A stretch of DNA of 62,290 nt, the filler included, from Sandaracinaceae bacterium (lineage in GTDB: Bacteria > Myxococcota_A > Polyangia > Polyangiales > JADJQN01), in the NCBI GenBank assembly GCA_947483975.1. It is 12 parts of 12 records of this genome, joined end to end, with 100 filler letters (N's around TTAATTAATTAA, not from the genome) between each part and the next. Parts side by side here need not be neighbours in the genome. Positions count along the whole stretch, not along the records: positions 5,288 to 10,463 come from CANKOL010000371.1; positions 10,564 to 15,716 come from CANKOL010000372.1; positions 15,817 to 20,964 come from CANKOL010000373.1; positions 21,065 to 26,196 come from CANKOL010000374.1; 8 more parts are not named here. One strand, given 5' to 3'. The translations under genes were made by a program, and so were the position numbers. The notes under the pieces are model-generated. The model searched no databases, had not been told where the DNA came from, and saw nothing but the letters and a program-made list of their open reading frames with translations. This document shows, in pieces, positions 10,207-21,799 of this stretch (positions are counted from its first letter, which is position 1; each line of letters starts with the position of its first letter).

Positions 10207-10463
10207 GTGACGCTCTCGACCGAGGCGCTCTGGCCGCTCGGCTTCGCGCTCGGCGGCGCCGCGCTCGTGCCGCAGCTGACGGCGCGGGCGCTCGCGCTGC
10301 TGCTGCTGCGCAAGCTCCCCGACGAGGGAGCCGAGCGACCGCGAAAGCTGTTCGCGTTTCGGCAGGGCGCGTTCCTCGTCGGGCTCGTCCAGATTCAGCT
10401 CGCGTGGACGTGGGGCCTCGCGCGCGCCGTCGCGCCGTCGCTCGAGCGCGTCGGGGGCGGGCC
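10207..10463 (+). CDS. Hypothetical membrane protein, 3'-truncated
   Basis: Hydrophobic ORF running into the linker. Confidence 0.5.
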
Positions 10464-10563
10464 NNNNNNNNNNNNNNNNNNNNNNNNNNNNNNNNNNNNN
10501 NNNNNNNTTAATTAATTAANNNNNNNNNNNNNNNNNNNNNNNNNNNNNNNNNNNNNNNNNNNN
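10464..10563. other. Artificial contig linker
   Basis: N44-TTAATTAATTAA-N44. Confidence 0.99.
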
Positions 10564-10740
10564 GACGTAGGCCTGGGCGACGGATGGCGGCGCCGGCACG
10601 GGGGACGGCGGGATCGGCGAGACCTGCGCGCTCGCGTGCGCTCCGCTGAGCGCGACGACGAGGCCCGCGAGCGACGCGAAGGAGGCGCGCGCGATTCTGC
10701 CTGGGGAGCGAAGGAACGACCGATGTGCGTTTGTCTTCAT
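10564..10740 (-). CDS. Secreted protein N-terminus, truncated
   Basis: MKTNAHRSF...LAGLVVALSGAHASA-Q signal peptide, then a Pro-rich linker. Confidence 0.6.
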
Positions 10741-10925
10741 AGCTTTGTCTTCAGGTGACTGCCCCAAACCAAGACACTCGGGCGGCGCGGAGCCGACCGA
10801 AGCGCCGATGGGTCGCTCGCCGCGCGCAGGCGCGACGACGAATCCTCCCATCGACGCTTTTTTCATTGAACGGGCGGTCAACGCTAGAACACCCCCGGCA
10901 GACGTCAAGGTCGATGCGCTCCGGA

Positions 10926-10955
10926 TTGACGCGGCGCCCCACGGCCGTCTATACG
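10926..10955 (+). promoter_or_regulatory. Putative sigma-70 promoter of asd (leaderless configuration)
   Basis: TTGACG-N18-TATACG ending 6 nt before ATG 10962; no SD. Confidence 0.5.
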
Positions 10956-10961
10956 CGGCCC

Positions 10962-11984
10962 ATGACACGGCGCTTCAAGGTGGCGGTGGTGGGTGCGACT
11001 GGGCTCGTCGGGCGCGAGATGCTGCGCACGCTGGAGGAGCGGGCGTTCCCCGTGAGCGAGATCGTGCCGCTCGCGTCGCCGCGCAGCGCGGGGATGCTGG
11101 TGCGCTTCGCCGGAGCGGACGTGGAGGTGCAGCCCGTCTCGGAGGCTGCCTTCGAGGGCGTCGAGGTCGCGCTCTTCTCGGCGGGCGCGGGCCCCTCGCG
11201 CGAGTGGTGCCCGGTCGCGGCCAAGGCGGGCGCGCTGGTCGTCGACAACTCCTCGGCGTGGCGCATGGACCCGGACGTGCCGCTCTGCGTGCCCGAGGTG
11301 AACCTCGACGCGGCGCGCACCCGCCCGAAGGGCATCATCGCCAACCCGAATTGCTCGACGATCCAGCTGGTCGTGGCGCTCAAGCCGCTGCACGACGCCG
11401 CCAAGATCACGCGCATCTTCGTCGCGACGTATCAGGCCGTGAGCGGCGCGGGCGCCGGCGCCGTCGCGAGCCTCGAGGCGCAGCAGCGGCAGCTCGCGGC
11501 TGGGCAGCCGATCGAGCGCGGCGCCCTCCCCGGCATCCTCGCGGGCAACCTGCTGATGAGCTGGAAGGTCGACCCGGCGACGCTCTACCAAGAGGAAGAG
11601 CTGAAGATGATCTACGAGACGCGCAAGATCTTCGGGGACGACACCATCCGCGTGTCGCCGACGACCGTGCGCGTGCCCGTCGTCAACGGGCACAGCGAGG
11701 CGGTGACGATCGAGACGGAGCGCGCCATCTCGCCGGAGCAGGCGCGCGCGCTGCTCGCCCTCGCCCCGGGCGTAGAGCTGATGGACGACTTCGCGCAGGG
11801 CATCTATCCGCAGCCGCGCGACGCCTCGGGCAAGGACGCCGTGCTCGTCGGGCGCATCCGCGACGACCTCGGGCGCGCGCCGGGCGCGCACGGGCTCTCG
11901 CTGTGGATCGTCGGGGACAACCTGCGCAAGGGCGCGGCGCTCAACGCCGTGCAGATCGCTGAAGGGCTGCTCCTCGGGCGTTGA
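10962..11984 (+). CDS. asd: Aspartate-semialdehyde dehydrogenase
   Basis: VAVVGATGLVG, VVDNSSAWRM, IANPNCSTIQ, YQAVSGAG, RVPVVNGHSE, DNLRKGAALNAVQIAE. Confidence 0.97.
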   Translation: MTRRFKVAVVGATGLVGREMLRTLEERAFPVSEIVPLASPRSAGMLVRFAGADVEVQPVSEAAFEGVEVALFSAGAGPSREWCPVAAKAGALVVDNSSAWRMDPDVPLCVPEVNLDAARTRPKGIIANPNCSTIQLVVALKPLHDAAKITRIFVATYQAVSGAGAGAVASLEAQQRQLAAGQPIERGALPGILAGNLLMSWKVDPATLYQEEELKMIYETRKIFGDDTIRVSPTTVRVPVVNGHSEAVTIETERAISPEQARALLALAPGVELMDDFAQGIYPQPRDASGKDAVLVGRIRDDLGRAPGAHGLSLWIVGDNLRKGAALNAVQIAEGLLLGR

Positions 11985-12121
11985 CGAAATGTCAGCCGGC
12001 CGCGCGCGCGTCGGCGCGGCTCTGTCAGAATGGCGGAGTCGCTCGCACGGCCGTTCGCGGTACGCCTACAAAACACAGTGCAAGCGGAGTGGAGCGGACC
12101 TTGCTAAGAGTCGTCCCGAAC

Positions 12122-13123
12122 ATGGCCCGACACGTCTCCACGGCGCTCGCCGTTCTCTCTGGCTCCCTCGCCCTGCTCACCTTCGCGAGCGTCGGGCACG
12201 CGCAGCTCACGGTCACCGTCAACGCCGTGCAGGACCGCGACGTGAGCACGCGCCCGCTGACCTCGCCCTACCTGTTCAGCAAGGTGGAGTGCGACGGCGC
12301 GAAGGAGCTCGATCTGACGATCGCGGGGATCCCGACGGGCTCCTCTGTGCTCGACTTCTGGAGCGGGACCGGCTGCGATCAGGTCGAGCCGCGCACGTCG
12401 ACGACGAGCTCCGCGTGCACCTACTTGTTCTCGCTGACGAGCTTCTCGACGCCGAGCGCGCAGTTCTGGGGCGGCGAGGTGACGGTGCCTGACCTCGGCG
12501 GCTGCACGACGACCGCAGACAACACGAGCGTCAACATCTACATCCTCGCGGCGACCTCGGAGCACACGAGCGAGACGATCACGAGCTTCGCGCAGCTCGC
12601 CACGGCCTTCGACGTCGTGGCGCCCGCGCCCCCGACGGGGGTCACGGGCGGCTCGGGCAGCAGCGCGGTGCCGGTCTCGTGGACGGGCACGACTGGGACG
12701 GTCAACGGCTACCGCGTGTACGTCGGCTCGGTCACGTCGAGCGCCGAGGGCGGCGCGTGCAGCGCGGGCGGGCTCGTCGCGGGCGAGGCTCCGCCTGCGA
12801 GCGCGACCCTCGCCGCGACGGCGTCGGGCACGGCGGGGAGCGTCAACCTCAACCTGGCGACGCTCGGGCTCGCGATCGGCGACAGCGTGAGCGTCGGGGT
12901 CGTCGCGCGGGACACCGCGCTCAACGAGGGCGTGCTCTCCAACCTCAGCTGCGTGACGCGCGTCGAGACGTGCGGCTATCTCTGTCAGCGCGGCGGCACG
13001 ATCTCGACGTGCAGCGCAGTACCTGGCGCGCGGCGCGCGGGCGGGGCGGTCGGCGCTGCGCTCGCGGGGCTGATGCTCGTCGGGCTGGGCATGCGGGTAC
13101 GTCGCAGCAGGAGCGTCCGATGA
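12122..13123 (+). CDS. Secreted FN3-like protein with C-terminal MYXO-CTERM-like tail (resembles MXAN_2561 family)
   Basis: Signal peptide (GHA-Q); DVVAPAPPTGV...VSW...GYRVY FN3-like; tail CSAVPG + hydrophobic helix + RVRRSR. Family name from recall. Confidence 0.7.
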   Translation: MARHVSTALAVLSGSLALLTFASVGHAQLTVTVNAVQDRDVSTRPLTSPYLFSKVECDGAKELDLTIAGIPTGSSVLDFWSGTGCDQVEPRTSTTSSACTYLFSLTSFSTPSAQFWGGEVTVPDLGGCTTTADNTSVNIYILAATSEHTSETITSFAQLATAFDVVAPAPPTGVTGGSGSSAVPVSWTGTTGTVNGYRVYVGSVTSSAEGGACSAGGLVAGEAPPASATLAATASGTAGSVNLNLATLGLAIGDSVSVGVVARDTALNEGVLSNLSCVTRVETCGYLCQRGGTISTCSAVPGARRAGGAVGAALAGLMLVGLGMRVRRSRSVR

Positions 13124-13836
13124 GCCGCCGATGGATGGGGATCGTGGTCGCGTTCGTGGCGCTCAGCGCTGGCGCGCTCGGCTTGCCGAAGGTCGCTGCG
13201 GCGCAGGACGCCGTCGCTGAGTGGTCGGAGCCGACGAGCCCGGACTCGCCCGAGCGCTTTGCCCTCGAGCTGAGGTTCGGACCGTACACGCCGGACACGC
13301 AGGACACCGCGTTCGACAAGGTGTTCGGCGGCTCGTCCCTGCTGATCGCGGGCGAGTTCGACGTCGCGCCGTTCCGCATCGCGGACGTGCTGACGCTCGG
13401 CATCGGCGGCGGCATCGGCTACGTCAGCTACTCGGGCGTCGCGAGCACGCTCGACGGCACGACGACGAGCGAGAAGACGTCGCTGACGCTCGCCCCGATG
13501 AACGTGCTCGCGGTGGTGCGGGTCATCGCCCTGCCCCGCTTGCTCTCCATCCCGCTCGTCTTCACCGGCAAGCTCGGCCTCGACCTCGTGTACTGGAGCT
13601 CGAGCACGGGCAGCGCGCAGCAGGGCGAGGGCGTGAGCCCTGGGCTCCGCTGGGCGGTGCAGGGCGCGCTCGAACTCGACTTCTTCGAGCCGCGCGCGGC
13701 GCGGGCGCTCGACGACGAGTGGGGCATCAACCACTCGTTCCTCTTCTTCGAGCTGTACGGCTCGAGCGCGGGCGGCAGCTCGCTCCCCGTGGGCACGCCG
13801 CTCGGCTGGGCGACGGGCCTCGGGTTCAACTTCTGA
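13120..13836 (+). CDS. Outer-membrane beta-barrel protein (resembles MXAN_2562 family)
   Basis: ATGA overlap with upstream gene; signal peptide; SPERFALELRFGPYTP, LELDFFEPRAARALDDEWGINHSFLFFE; C-terminal GLGFNF Bam signal. Confidence 0.78.
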   Translation: MSRRWMGIVVAFVALSAGALGLPKVAAAQDAVAEWSEPTSPDSPERFALELRFGPYTPDTQDTAFDKVFGGSSLLIAGEFDVAPFRIADVLTLGIGGGIGYVSYSGVASTLDGTTTSEKTSLTLAPMNVLAVVRVIALPRLLSIPLVFTGKLGLDLVYWSSSTGSAQQGEGVSPGLRWAVQGALELDFFEPRAARALDDEWGINHSFLFFELYGSSAGGSSLPVGTPLGWATGLGFNF

Positions 13837-13837
13837 G

Positions 13838-14674
13838 ATGAGCGAGCCGCCGGTGAGCCTGCACGGGGTGCGGCTCGTGGTCGCCTACGACGGCGCTGAC
13901 TTCGCAGGCTGGCAAGAGCAGCCCGCGCAGCGGACCGTGCAGAGCGTGCTCGAGGAGGCGATCTCGAGCATGGCCGGGCACGCCGTCAAGGTGCGCGGCG
14001 CCGGGCGCACGGACTCGGGAGTGCACGCCGAGGGGCAGGTCGCCGCCTTCGACGCCGTGCGCCTGATCCCGCCGCGCGGCTGGATGCTCGGCATCAACCG
14101 CCTCCTCCCGGTGGACCTCGCGGTGCGCGCCGCGTTCGAGTGCGCGCCCGGCTACAACCCGCGCTACGACGCGCTCGACAAGCTGTACCGCTACGTCCTG
14201 CTGCTCGGGGACCCGCGCGATCCGCACTGGCGCGGGCGCGCCTGGCACGTCGCGCGGGTGCACACCGACGGCGACGGCAGCCGCCGCCTCGACCTCGACG
14301 CGCTCCGCGCCGGCGCGGCGCGACTCGTCGGGACGCACGACTTCGGCGCGTTTCGGGCGGCCGACGACGAGCGCGCGGTGACGGTCCGTACAATCCACGA
14401 CATCCAGGTATTGCCGACTTACCTCGGGCACCCGGACCTCCTCGCCATCGAGGTGCGCGGCACGGCGTTCCTCAAGCAGATGGTGCGGATCCTCGTCGGC
14501 ACGCTGCTCGAGGTCGGTCGCGGCAAGCGGGCGCCAGAGTCGCTGTCCGCGCTGCTCGTGCCGGGCGCCGCCCGCGGGAGCGCTGGCATCACTGCGCCGG
14601 CGCACGGGCTGACGATGGTGCGAGTGCGCCTCGGCAAGAAGGACGCCGAGCGCGCGGCGGCGGGCGAGCCCTAG
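13838..14674 (+). CDS. truA: tRNA pseudouridine(38-40) synthase
   Basis: YDGADFAGWQ, AGRTDSGVHAEGQVA, GTHDFGAF, AFLKQMVRILVG, TAPAHGL. Confidence 0.96.
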   Translation: MSEPPVSLHGVRLVVAYDGADFAGWQEQPAQRTVQSVLEEAISSMAGHAVKVRGAGRTDSGVHAEGQVAAFDAVRLIPPRGWMLGINRLLPVDLAVRAAFECAPGYNPRYDALDKLYRYVLLLGDPRDPHWRGRAWHVARVHTDGDGSRRLDLDALRAGAARLVGTHDFGAFRAADDERAVTVRTIHDIQVLPTYLGHPDLLAIEVRGTAFLKQMVRILVGTLLEVGRGKRAPESLSALLVPGAARGSAGITAPAHGLTMVRVRLGKKDAERAAAGEP

Positions 14675-15450
14675 ACCTTCGAGGGAGCGTCCTCGCGGCT
14701 GCGCGCGCGGCGCGGCGTGTCGTCGAGGGGCATCGCGGCGAGCGCGGCGATCTCGGCGCGGACGCGCTCCATGGAGCCCTCGAGCCCGAGCGATTCGAGC
14801 TCGGTCGGCGAGATCGGCGCGCCGATGTGCACGCTGACGTCGCCCGAGCGGATCATGCGCGAGTGCCGCGGCAAGAGCGCGCGCGTCCCGCGGATGCCGA
14901 TCGGCACGACGGGTACGCCCGCCCGCAGCGCGAGGTGAAAGCCGCCCTTCTTGAAGACGGCGACCGCCTCCCGCTCGTTGCGGGTCCCCTCCGGGAACAC
15001 GACGATCGACGCGCCGCCGCGCACGACGCGCGCAGCCTCGTCGATCGCCTCGATGGCCTGCGTGCGCTGGCGGCGGTCGATGAAGACGTGCCCGCCGACC
15101 TCCATCGCGGCGCCGAGGATCGGCACGCTGCGCAGCTCTTTCTTGGCGAGAAAGCCGGGCATCAGCGGCAGCGCCTCGATCAGCGCGACGATGTCGACGT
15201 GGCTCTGATGGTTCGCCATGAAGAGGTACGTGCCCGCGGGGTCGACGCGCTCCGCGCCGTGGGTCTCGACGCCCATCCCCCAAGCGCGCGCGAGCCCCGC
15301 GGCCCACGTCTGCTCGAGGCGGCGAAAGCGCTCGCCGTCGCCGCTGAGCGCGTGCACGCCGATCAGCCCCGCGCAGACGGAGGCGGTCCAGGAGCCGGTG
15401 AAGAGCAGGCGCAGCGTGCCGGAGACGGTGGGCATCGGGTGCGAATGCAT
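14671..15450 (-). CDS. 1-acyl-sn-glycerol-3-phosphate acyltransferase (PlsC family)
   Basis: NHQSHVD, FLAKKEL, FIDR, FPEGTR, FKKGGF; start uncertain (15450 or 15435). Confidence 0.9.
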   Translation of the reverse strand: MHSHPMPTVSGTLRLLFTGSWTASVCAGLIGVHALSGDGERFRRLEQTWAAGLARAWGMGVETHGAERVDPAGTYLFMANHQSHVDIVALIEALPLMPGFLAKKELRSVPILGAAMEVGGHVFIDRRQRTQAIEAIDEAARVVRGGASIVVFPEGTRNEREAVAVFKKGGFHLALRAGVPVVPIGIRGTRALLPRHSRMIRSGDVSVHIGAPISPTELESLGLEGSMERVRAEIAALAAMPLDDTPRRARSREDAPSKV

Positions 15451-15492
15451 AGCGGACAACCTCGTGGCCCGTCGAGGGGCTACGCTCACGGC

Positions 15493-15716
15493 GTGCAGAC
15501 CGTCGGCTGGATGACCGCAGCGCTCAGCGCCCTCGCCCTCTGCGGCGCGACATCGGCGCGCGCGCAGGACGCGGTCGCGCCGAAGGTCGCGGTCGTCGTC
15601 GTCGGGGACGCGGACGCGCGCCTGCGCGCAGCGGCGGTGCGCGTCGAGGACGCCGTCGTCGGTGGAGGGCTACGGGTCGCCGACGACCTCGGGCTGCGCG
15701 GCGCGCTCCGCGGTGA
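15493..15716 (+). CDS. Secreted hypothetical protein, truncated
   Basis: GTG start 6 nt after TACGCT; signal peptide ending ARA-Q. Confidence 0.55.
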
Positions 15717-15816
15717 NNNNNNNNNNNNNNNNNNNNNNNNNNNNNNNNNNNNNNNNNNNNTTAATTAATTAANNNNNNNNNNNNNNNNNNNNNNNNNNNN
15801 NNNNNNNNNNNNNNNN
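15717..15816. other. Artificial contig linker
   Basis: N44-TTAATTAATTAA-N44. Confidence 0.99.
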
Positions 15817-17302
15817 CCTCCTCGTGGTCGCGCGCGGCGCTCGCCTTGGCCGCGCGCTCGTCGGCGCGCTCGGTGCGCGTCAGCACCGAGATGCGCGCGG
15901 CGAGCGCTGCACCGAGCCGCTCGAGCGCGCGCAGCTCCTCGAGCGCGAGGCCGCTGAACCGACGCCCGCGCGCCACCAGCAGCACGCCGTCGAGCTCGCC
16001 GCTCGTCGAGAGCGGCACGACGGCGAGCGTGTCGAGGGCGATCAGCGCCTCGAGCAGCGGGCGATCGGTCGGGCGCCGCACGATGCGGGCCTCGATCGGA
16101 CCGCGCGCGAGCACCTCGCCGGGGCGCTCGAGCAAGCGCCCGAGGAGCGCCTCAGGCAGCTCGCGTCGGTCGAGGTGAGGCTCGCCGGCAGCGTCGATGC
16201 GGGCGCTGCGCGCGGGCGTGACGGTGTAGAGCTGAGGCTCGGCGTCCCGCTTGCCCGAGGCCTCACGCAGCGGGCCGAGCACCGCGCGCGCGACCTCATC
16301 GAGCGTCGTCGCGGGCACGAGGCGCTCGAGGGCATGGTCGATCGCGTCGAGGAGGCGGCCACGCGCCGGCGCGAGCGTCCAGCGGACGAGCGGGTAGAGC
16401 GCGCGATAGAGCACGACCGCCGCGAGCAGCGAGGCGATGGCGCAGAGACCGAGCGTGAGCGGGTCGCGCGGCACGAGCGCGTGCAGCGACGCGGTGAGCG
16501 CGCCGACGACGAGGAGCGTCAGCGCCGTCGCGACCGCGCGTCGCGTCGCCCGCCCGGCCGCAGGGCGCCCCTGCGGATCGACGAGCCGCACATGCCCGAC
16601 CACGAGCGCGAGCCCCGACAGCGCCGCGAGGCTCCGGACCCACGTCGAGTCGAGGCTGAGCACGCCCACGGTCGCGCTGAGGAACGCGAGCGTGGCGAGC
16701 AGCGCGGCCGGCACCAAGCCGAGCTGCGCCCAGGCGTTCGCGGCGAGCTCGTCGGGCCCCGTGCCGAGCCTTCGTCGCAGCCCACGGAGCGCGACCGCAC
16801 CGAGGAGCGCGACGAGCGCAGCGCCGGGCGCGAGGGCCGTCAGGCTCGGTCGCACGAGGAGCGCCTCTCCGCCGAGGGACGGCGCGGGGAGCACCGCGAG
16901 CAGGCCTGCGAACCCCGCAAGACCCGCGATCAGCCATGGCGCGACTCGCTGCCACGGCGCCGCGAGCGCGCGCGGACGGTCGGGGACGGTCAGCGCGAGA
17001 TCGAAGACGAGGCCTGCGACGGCCGCGTAGGCGAGCCCCTCGACGACCTCCGCGACGAGCGAGAGCGAGTGCGGCGCGACGTTCCCGACGAGCGCGAGGG
17101 CCGCGGCGACCCCGAGCGCGCCGACGCGCCGAGCGCCCGCCCCGCCTTCTCGAACGAGAAACGGCGCGAGCGCGAGCACGCACGCGACGGCCGCGACGGC
17201 GAGCCCTGCGCGCGTGACTCCGCCCGCCGAGGAGACCACATCGGCCACCAAGTAGAGGACGGCCGCGAGGCCGATGAGCGAGAGCGTGCGCGACTTCTTC
17301 AG
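15817..17302 (-). CDS. Polytopic membrane sensor with GAF-like domain, 3'-truncated
   Basis: Many TM helices then LAVVPLSTSGELDGVLLV...EELRALERLGAALA (GAF-like) and a coiled coil; possible CTG start at 17302, else TTG 17251. Confidence 0.7.
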
Positions 17303-17373
17303 ATCGTGTCCTCGGCTCAGGCGGCCCGTGCAGGGTGCTGTCGCACGGCGGCTTGAGCGGCGCGGGGCGCTGA

Positions 17374-19467
<2,094 letters not shown>

Positions 19468-19506
19468 AGGACCGTCGGCGGCGCGAGGGCGCTCCTGCCG
19501 ACAGTC

Positions 19507-20964
19507 TCAGAATTTCGCTTTCCCCTCGGACTCCCACCATTGCAGGTACTTGCCGTGGACGCGCTCGCGCTCGCGCCGCGGCGAGCCCGGGTGATAGCCG
19601 TAGTACTCCTGCGTGAGCTTCTTGAGCTCGTCGCCAGCGGCTGCGCGGACCGGCTCGTCGTTGTGGAGCAGCGCGTCGATCAGCCACTCGACGCGGTGCG
19701 CGTGGCCGTGCTTCTCCGCCCACTGCTCCCAGCGCTTGCGCTGATCGCCGAAGTCCTGCTTGGTCAGCGTGACGAGCGCGCGCTGCGCCTCGCCCCGTAC
19801 GCCGTCGTCCTCGTCGTCGAGCACGGTGATCAAGATCGGCACCGCCCGGGCGTCGCGTAGCTCCGCGAGCGCGCGGATCGCGATGCGTCGCCGGGCGACG
19901 TCGCGGTGCAGGTTGCGGGCGATCGCCCGGATCGTCTCGAGCGTCGAGGCGTACTCGGGCAGGTGCTGGTACCGCTTGAGCACGTCGAGCGCGAGCAAGC
20001 GCGTGCCGGCATCCTCGTCGAAGACGCGCCGACCGAGCGCGTCGAGCAGCCCGCCGTGCACGATCTCCGACGCGAGCAGCGTCGTGTAGAAGCGGGCGTC
20101 TGGGTCCTTGCCGTCGAGCAGCGAGGGCAAGTACGGCGTCGCGCGCTCGCGGAAGGCGACGAGCGCCCGCGCGATGGCGGACACATCACGCCCGCGCGGC
20201 AGGCGCGCGTGCGGCGTGCGACGGTCGAACCAGAGCGGCCCGGGGAAGTGCTGGACCAGCGCGGGCAGAGCCGCATCGCCGACGCGCAGCAGCCGCGCGA
20301 TGACGCCATCGTCCTCGTCGGGCGCAGCCGAGACCAGCTCTTGGATCATGCCCTCGACGTTCTCGCCCATGTCGACGATCACGGACGGCTCGTCGCGCGG
20401 GCTATCTGGCTTGCGCTTGTCGCGCGAGAACGGCGTCTCAGGTCGGGTGTCCTTCGAGACGCGGCCTGACGACGCGGGCGAGGCCGCGGGCGTGACGTGC
20501 GCGTTGGCCTGCGAGCCGTTGCCGCGAGGTGGCGGCTGGCTCGGGCGCGTCGCGGAGGTGTTGGGCGGGACGCTCCGCTGCGCGCGGCGGGGCCTCGTGG
20601 TGAAGACCTCTTCCGTCGCATCCCGAACGCTGTACGAGCCGTCCACGCGAGGGGGAGGGTTGCTCGGTCGCTCGGGCTCGCTGGGCTCGCTGGGACCGAG
20701 GGGCGTCTCGGCCTCGCTCGCACCCGCGGGCGAAGTCTCTTCGAAGTCCTCGAGATCGTCGTCGTCGTCGTCGCTGCTCGACGTCACCTCGACGATGACG
20801 TCCTCCTCGTCGTCCGCCGCGACGGGCGCCCGCGGCACCTCCGCGACGGTCGGCACGGCAGCTGGCGTCGGCGCGGTGAACGGCTCGGGGGTGGCTGAGC
20901 CCGGCCGCCTCGGCCGCGGCGGCGGTGGGGCGCTCCGCGGCACCGCGAGCACTGAAAGCGCGCC
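19507..20964 (-). CDS. HEAT-repeat protein with long Pro/acidic disordered linker, 5'-truncated (possibly FrgA-like)
   Basis: AIRALAELRDARAVPILITVLDDEDDGVRGEAQRAL HEAT repeats; the FrgA resemblance is recall only. Confidence 0.7.
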   Translation of the reverse strand, partial: GALSVLAVPRSAPPPPRPRRPGSATPEPFTAPTPAAVPTVAEVPRAPVAADDEEDVIVEVTSSSDDDDDDLEDFEETSPAGASEAETPLGPSEPSEPERPSNPPPRVDGSYSVRDATEEVFTTRPRRAQRSVPPNTSATRPSQPPPRGNGSQANAHVTPAASPASSGRVSKDTRPETPFSRDKRKPDSPRDEPSVIVDMGENVEGMIQELVSAAPDEDDGVIARLLRVGDAALPALVQHFPGPLWFDRRTPHARLPRGRDVSAIARALVAFRERATPYLPSLLDGKDPDARFYTTLLASEIVHGGLLDALGRRVFDEDAGTRLLALDVLKRYQHLPEYASTLETIRAIARNLHRDVARRRIAIRALAELRDARAVPILITVLDDEDDGVRGEAQRALVTLTKQDFGDQRKRWEQWAEKHGHAHRVEWLIDALLHNDEPVRAAAGDELKKLTQEYYGYHPGSPRRERERVHGKYLQWWESEGKAKF

Positions 20965-21064
20965 NNNNNNNNNNNNNNNNNNNNNNNNNNNNNNNNNNNN
21001 NNNNNNNNTTAATTAATTAANNNNNNNNNNNNNNNNNNNNNNNNNNNNNNNNNNNNNNNNNNNN
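20965..21064. other. Artificial contig linker
   Basis: N44-TTAATTAATTAA-N44. Confidence 0.99.
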
Positions 21065-21150
21065 GGAGGATCCCTTCTGGGCGCTCGCCGTGGAGGCGCT
21101 CGGCCGCGCTCGCGCGGGGGCGCCCGAATTGCCCCGCCCTTGCCCCCCCC

Positions 21151-21178
21151 TTGACCCGCGCCCCCCCCTCGCTAGACT
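21151..21178 (+). promoter_or_regulatory. Putative sigma-70 promoter of rpsO-pnp
   Basis: TTGACC-N16-TAGACT followed by a GC-rich discriminator. Confidence 0.6.
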
Positions 21179-21235
21179 GCGCGCCCTTTCGAGAAACGGG
21201 TGACGGGGCCACGGCTCTGCACTACGGAGATACGC

Positions 21236-21502
21236 ATGCTGCAACCTGAGAAGAAGACCGAGCTCATCGAGAAGTACCGTCGCCACGACGGCGACACCGG
21301 CTCCCCCGAGGTCCAGATCGCGATCCTGACGGAGCGCATCCAGTACCTCACGGAGCACTTCAAGACCCACGCGAAGGACCACCACTCGCGCCGCGGGCTG
21401 CTTCAGCTGGTCAGCCAGCGTCGCCGCCTCCTCGACTACCTCCGCAGCCGGAGCGTCGAGCGCTACCGGAACGTCATCACCTCTCTCGGCATCCGCAAGT
21501 GA
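21236..21502 (+). CDS. rpsO: 30S ribosomal protein S15
   Basis: [52 protein letters not shown]. Confidence 0.98.
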   Translation: MLQPEKKTELIEKYRRHDGDTGSPEVQIAILTERIQYLTEHFKTHAKDHHSRRGLLQLVSQRRRLLDYLRSRSVERYRNVITSLGIRK

Positions 21503-21518
21503 TGCTCTGAGTTGGACG

Positions 21519-21549
21519 GGGCCGGCGACATGGTGTCGCTGGCCCTTTT
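21519..21549 (+). terminator. Intrinsic terminator after rpsO
   Basis: GGGCCGGCGACA-TGG-TGTCGCTGGCCC-TTTT. Confidence 0.8.
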
Positions 21550-21799
21550 CGTATGTGCGCGCTTCTGCTCCGCAGCGGCGCGCATCGCTCTCTGAAGACC
21601 CGCCCGAGCTCGTGCGCCCTGGACGCAGTTCGGACTTCGTTTCGAGTCGTCGAAGCGCCCCCTGCTCACGCCACACCGAGTGTCGCGTGACCCGGGCGCC
21701 CATCGAACCCTGGAACCGAGGACCGAGCCTCCCGGCTGCCCGATCGAAGGCACCATCGCCTGTGCACGCGGAGCGCGCGCAGGCCCGAGGCTCGAACCC

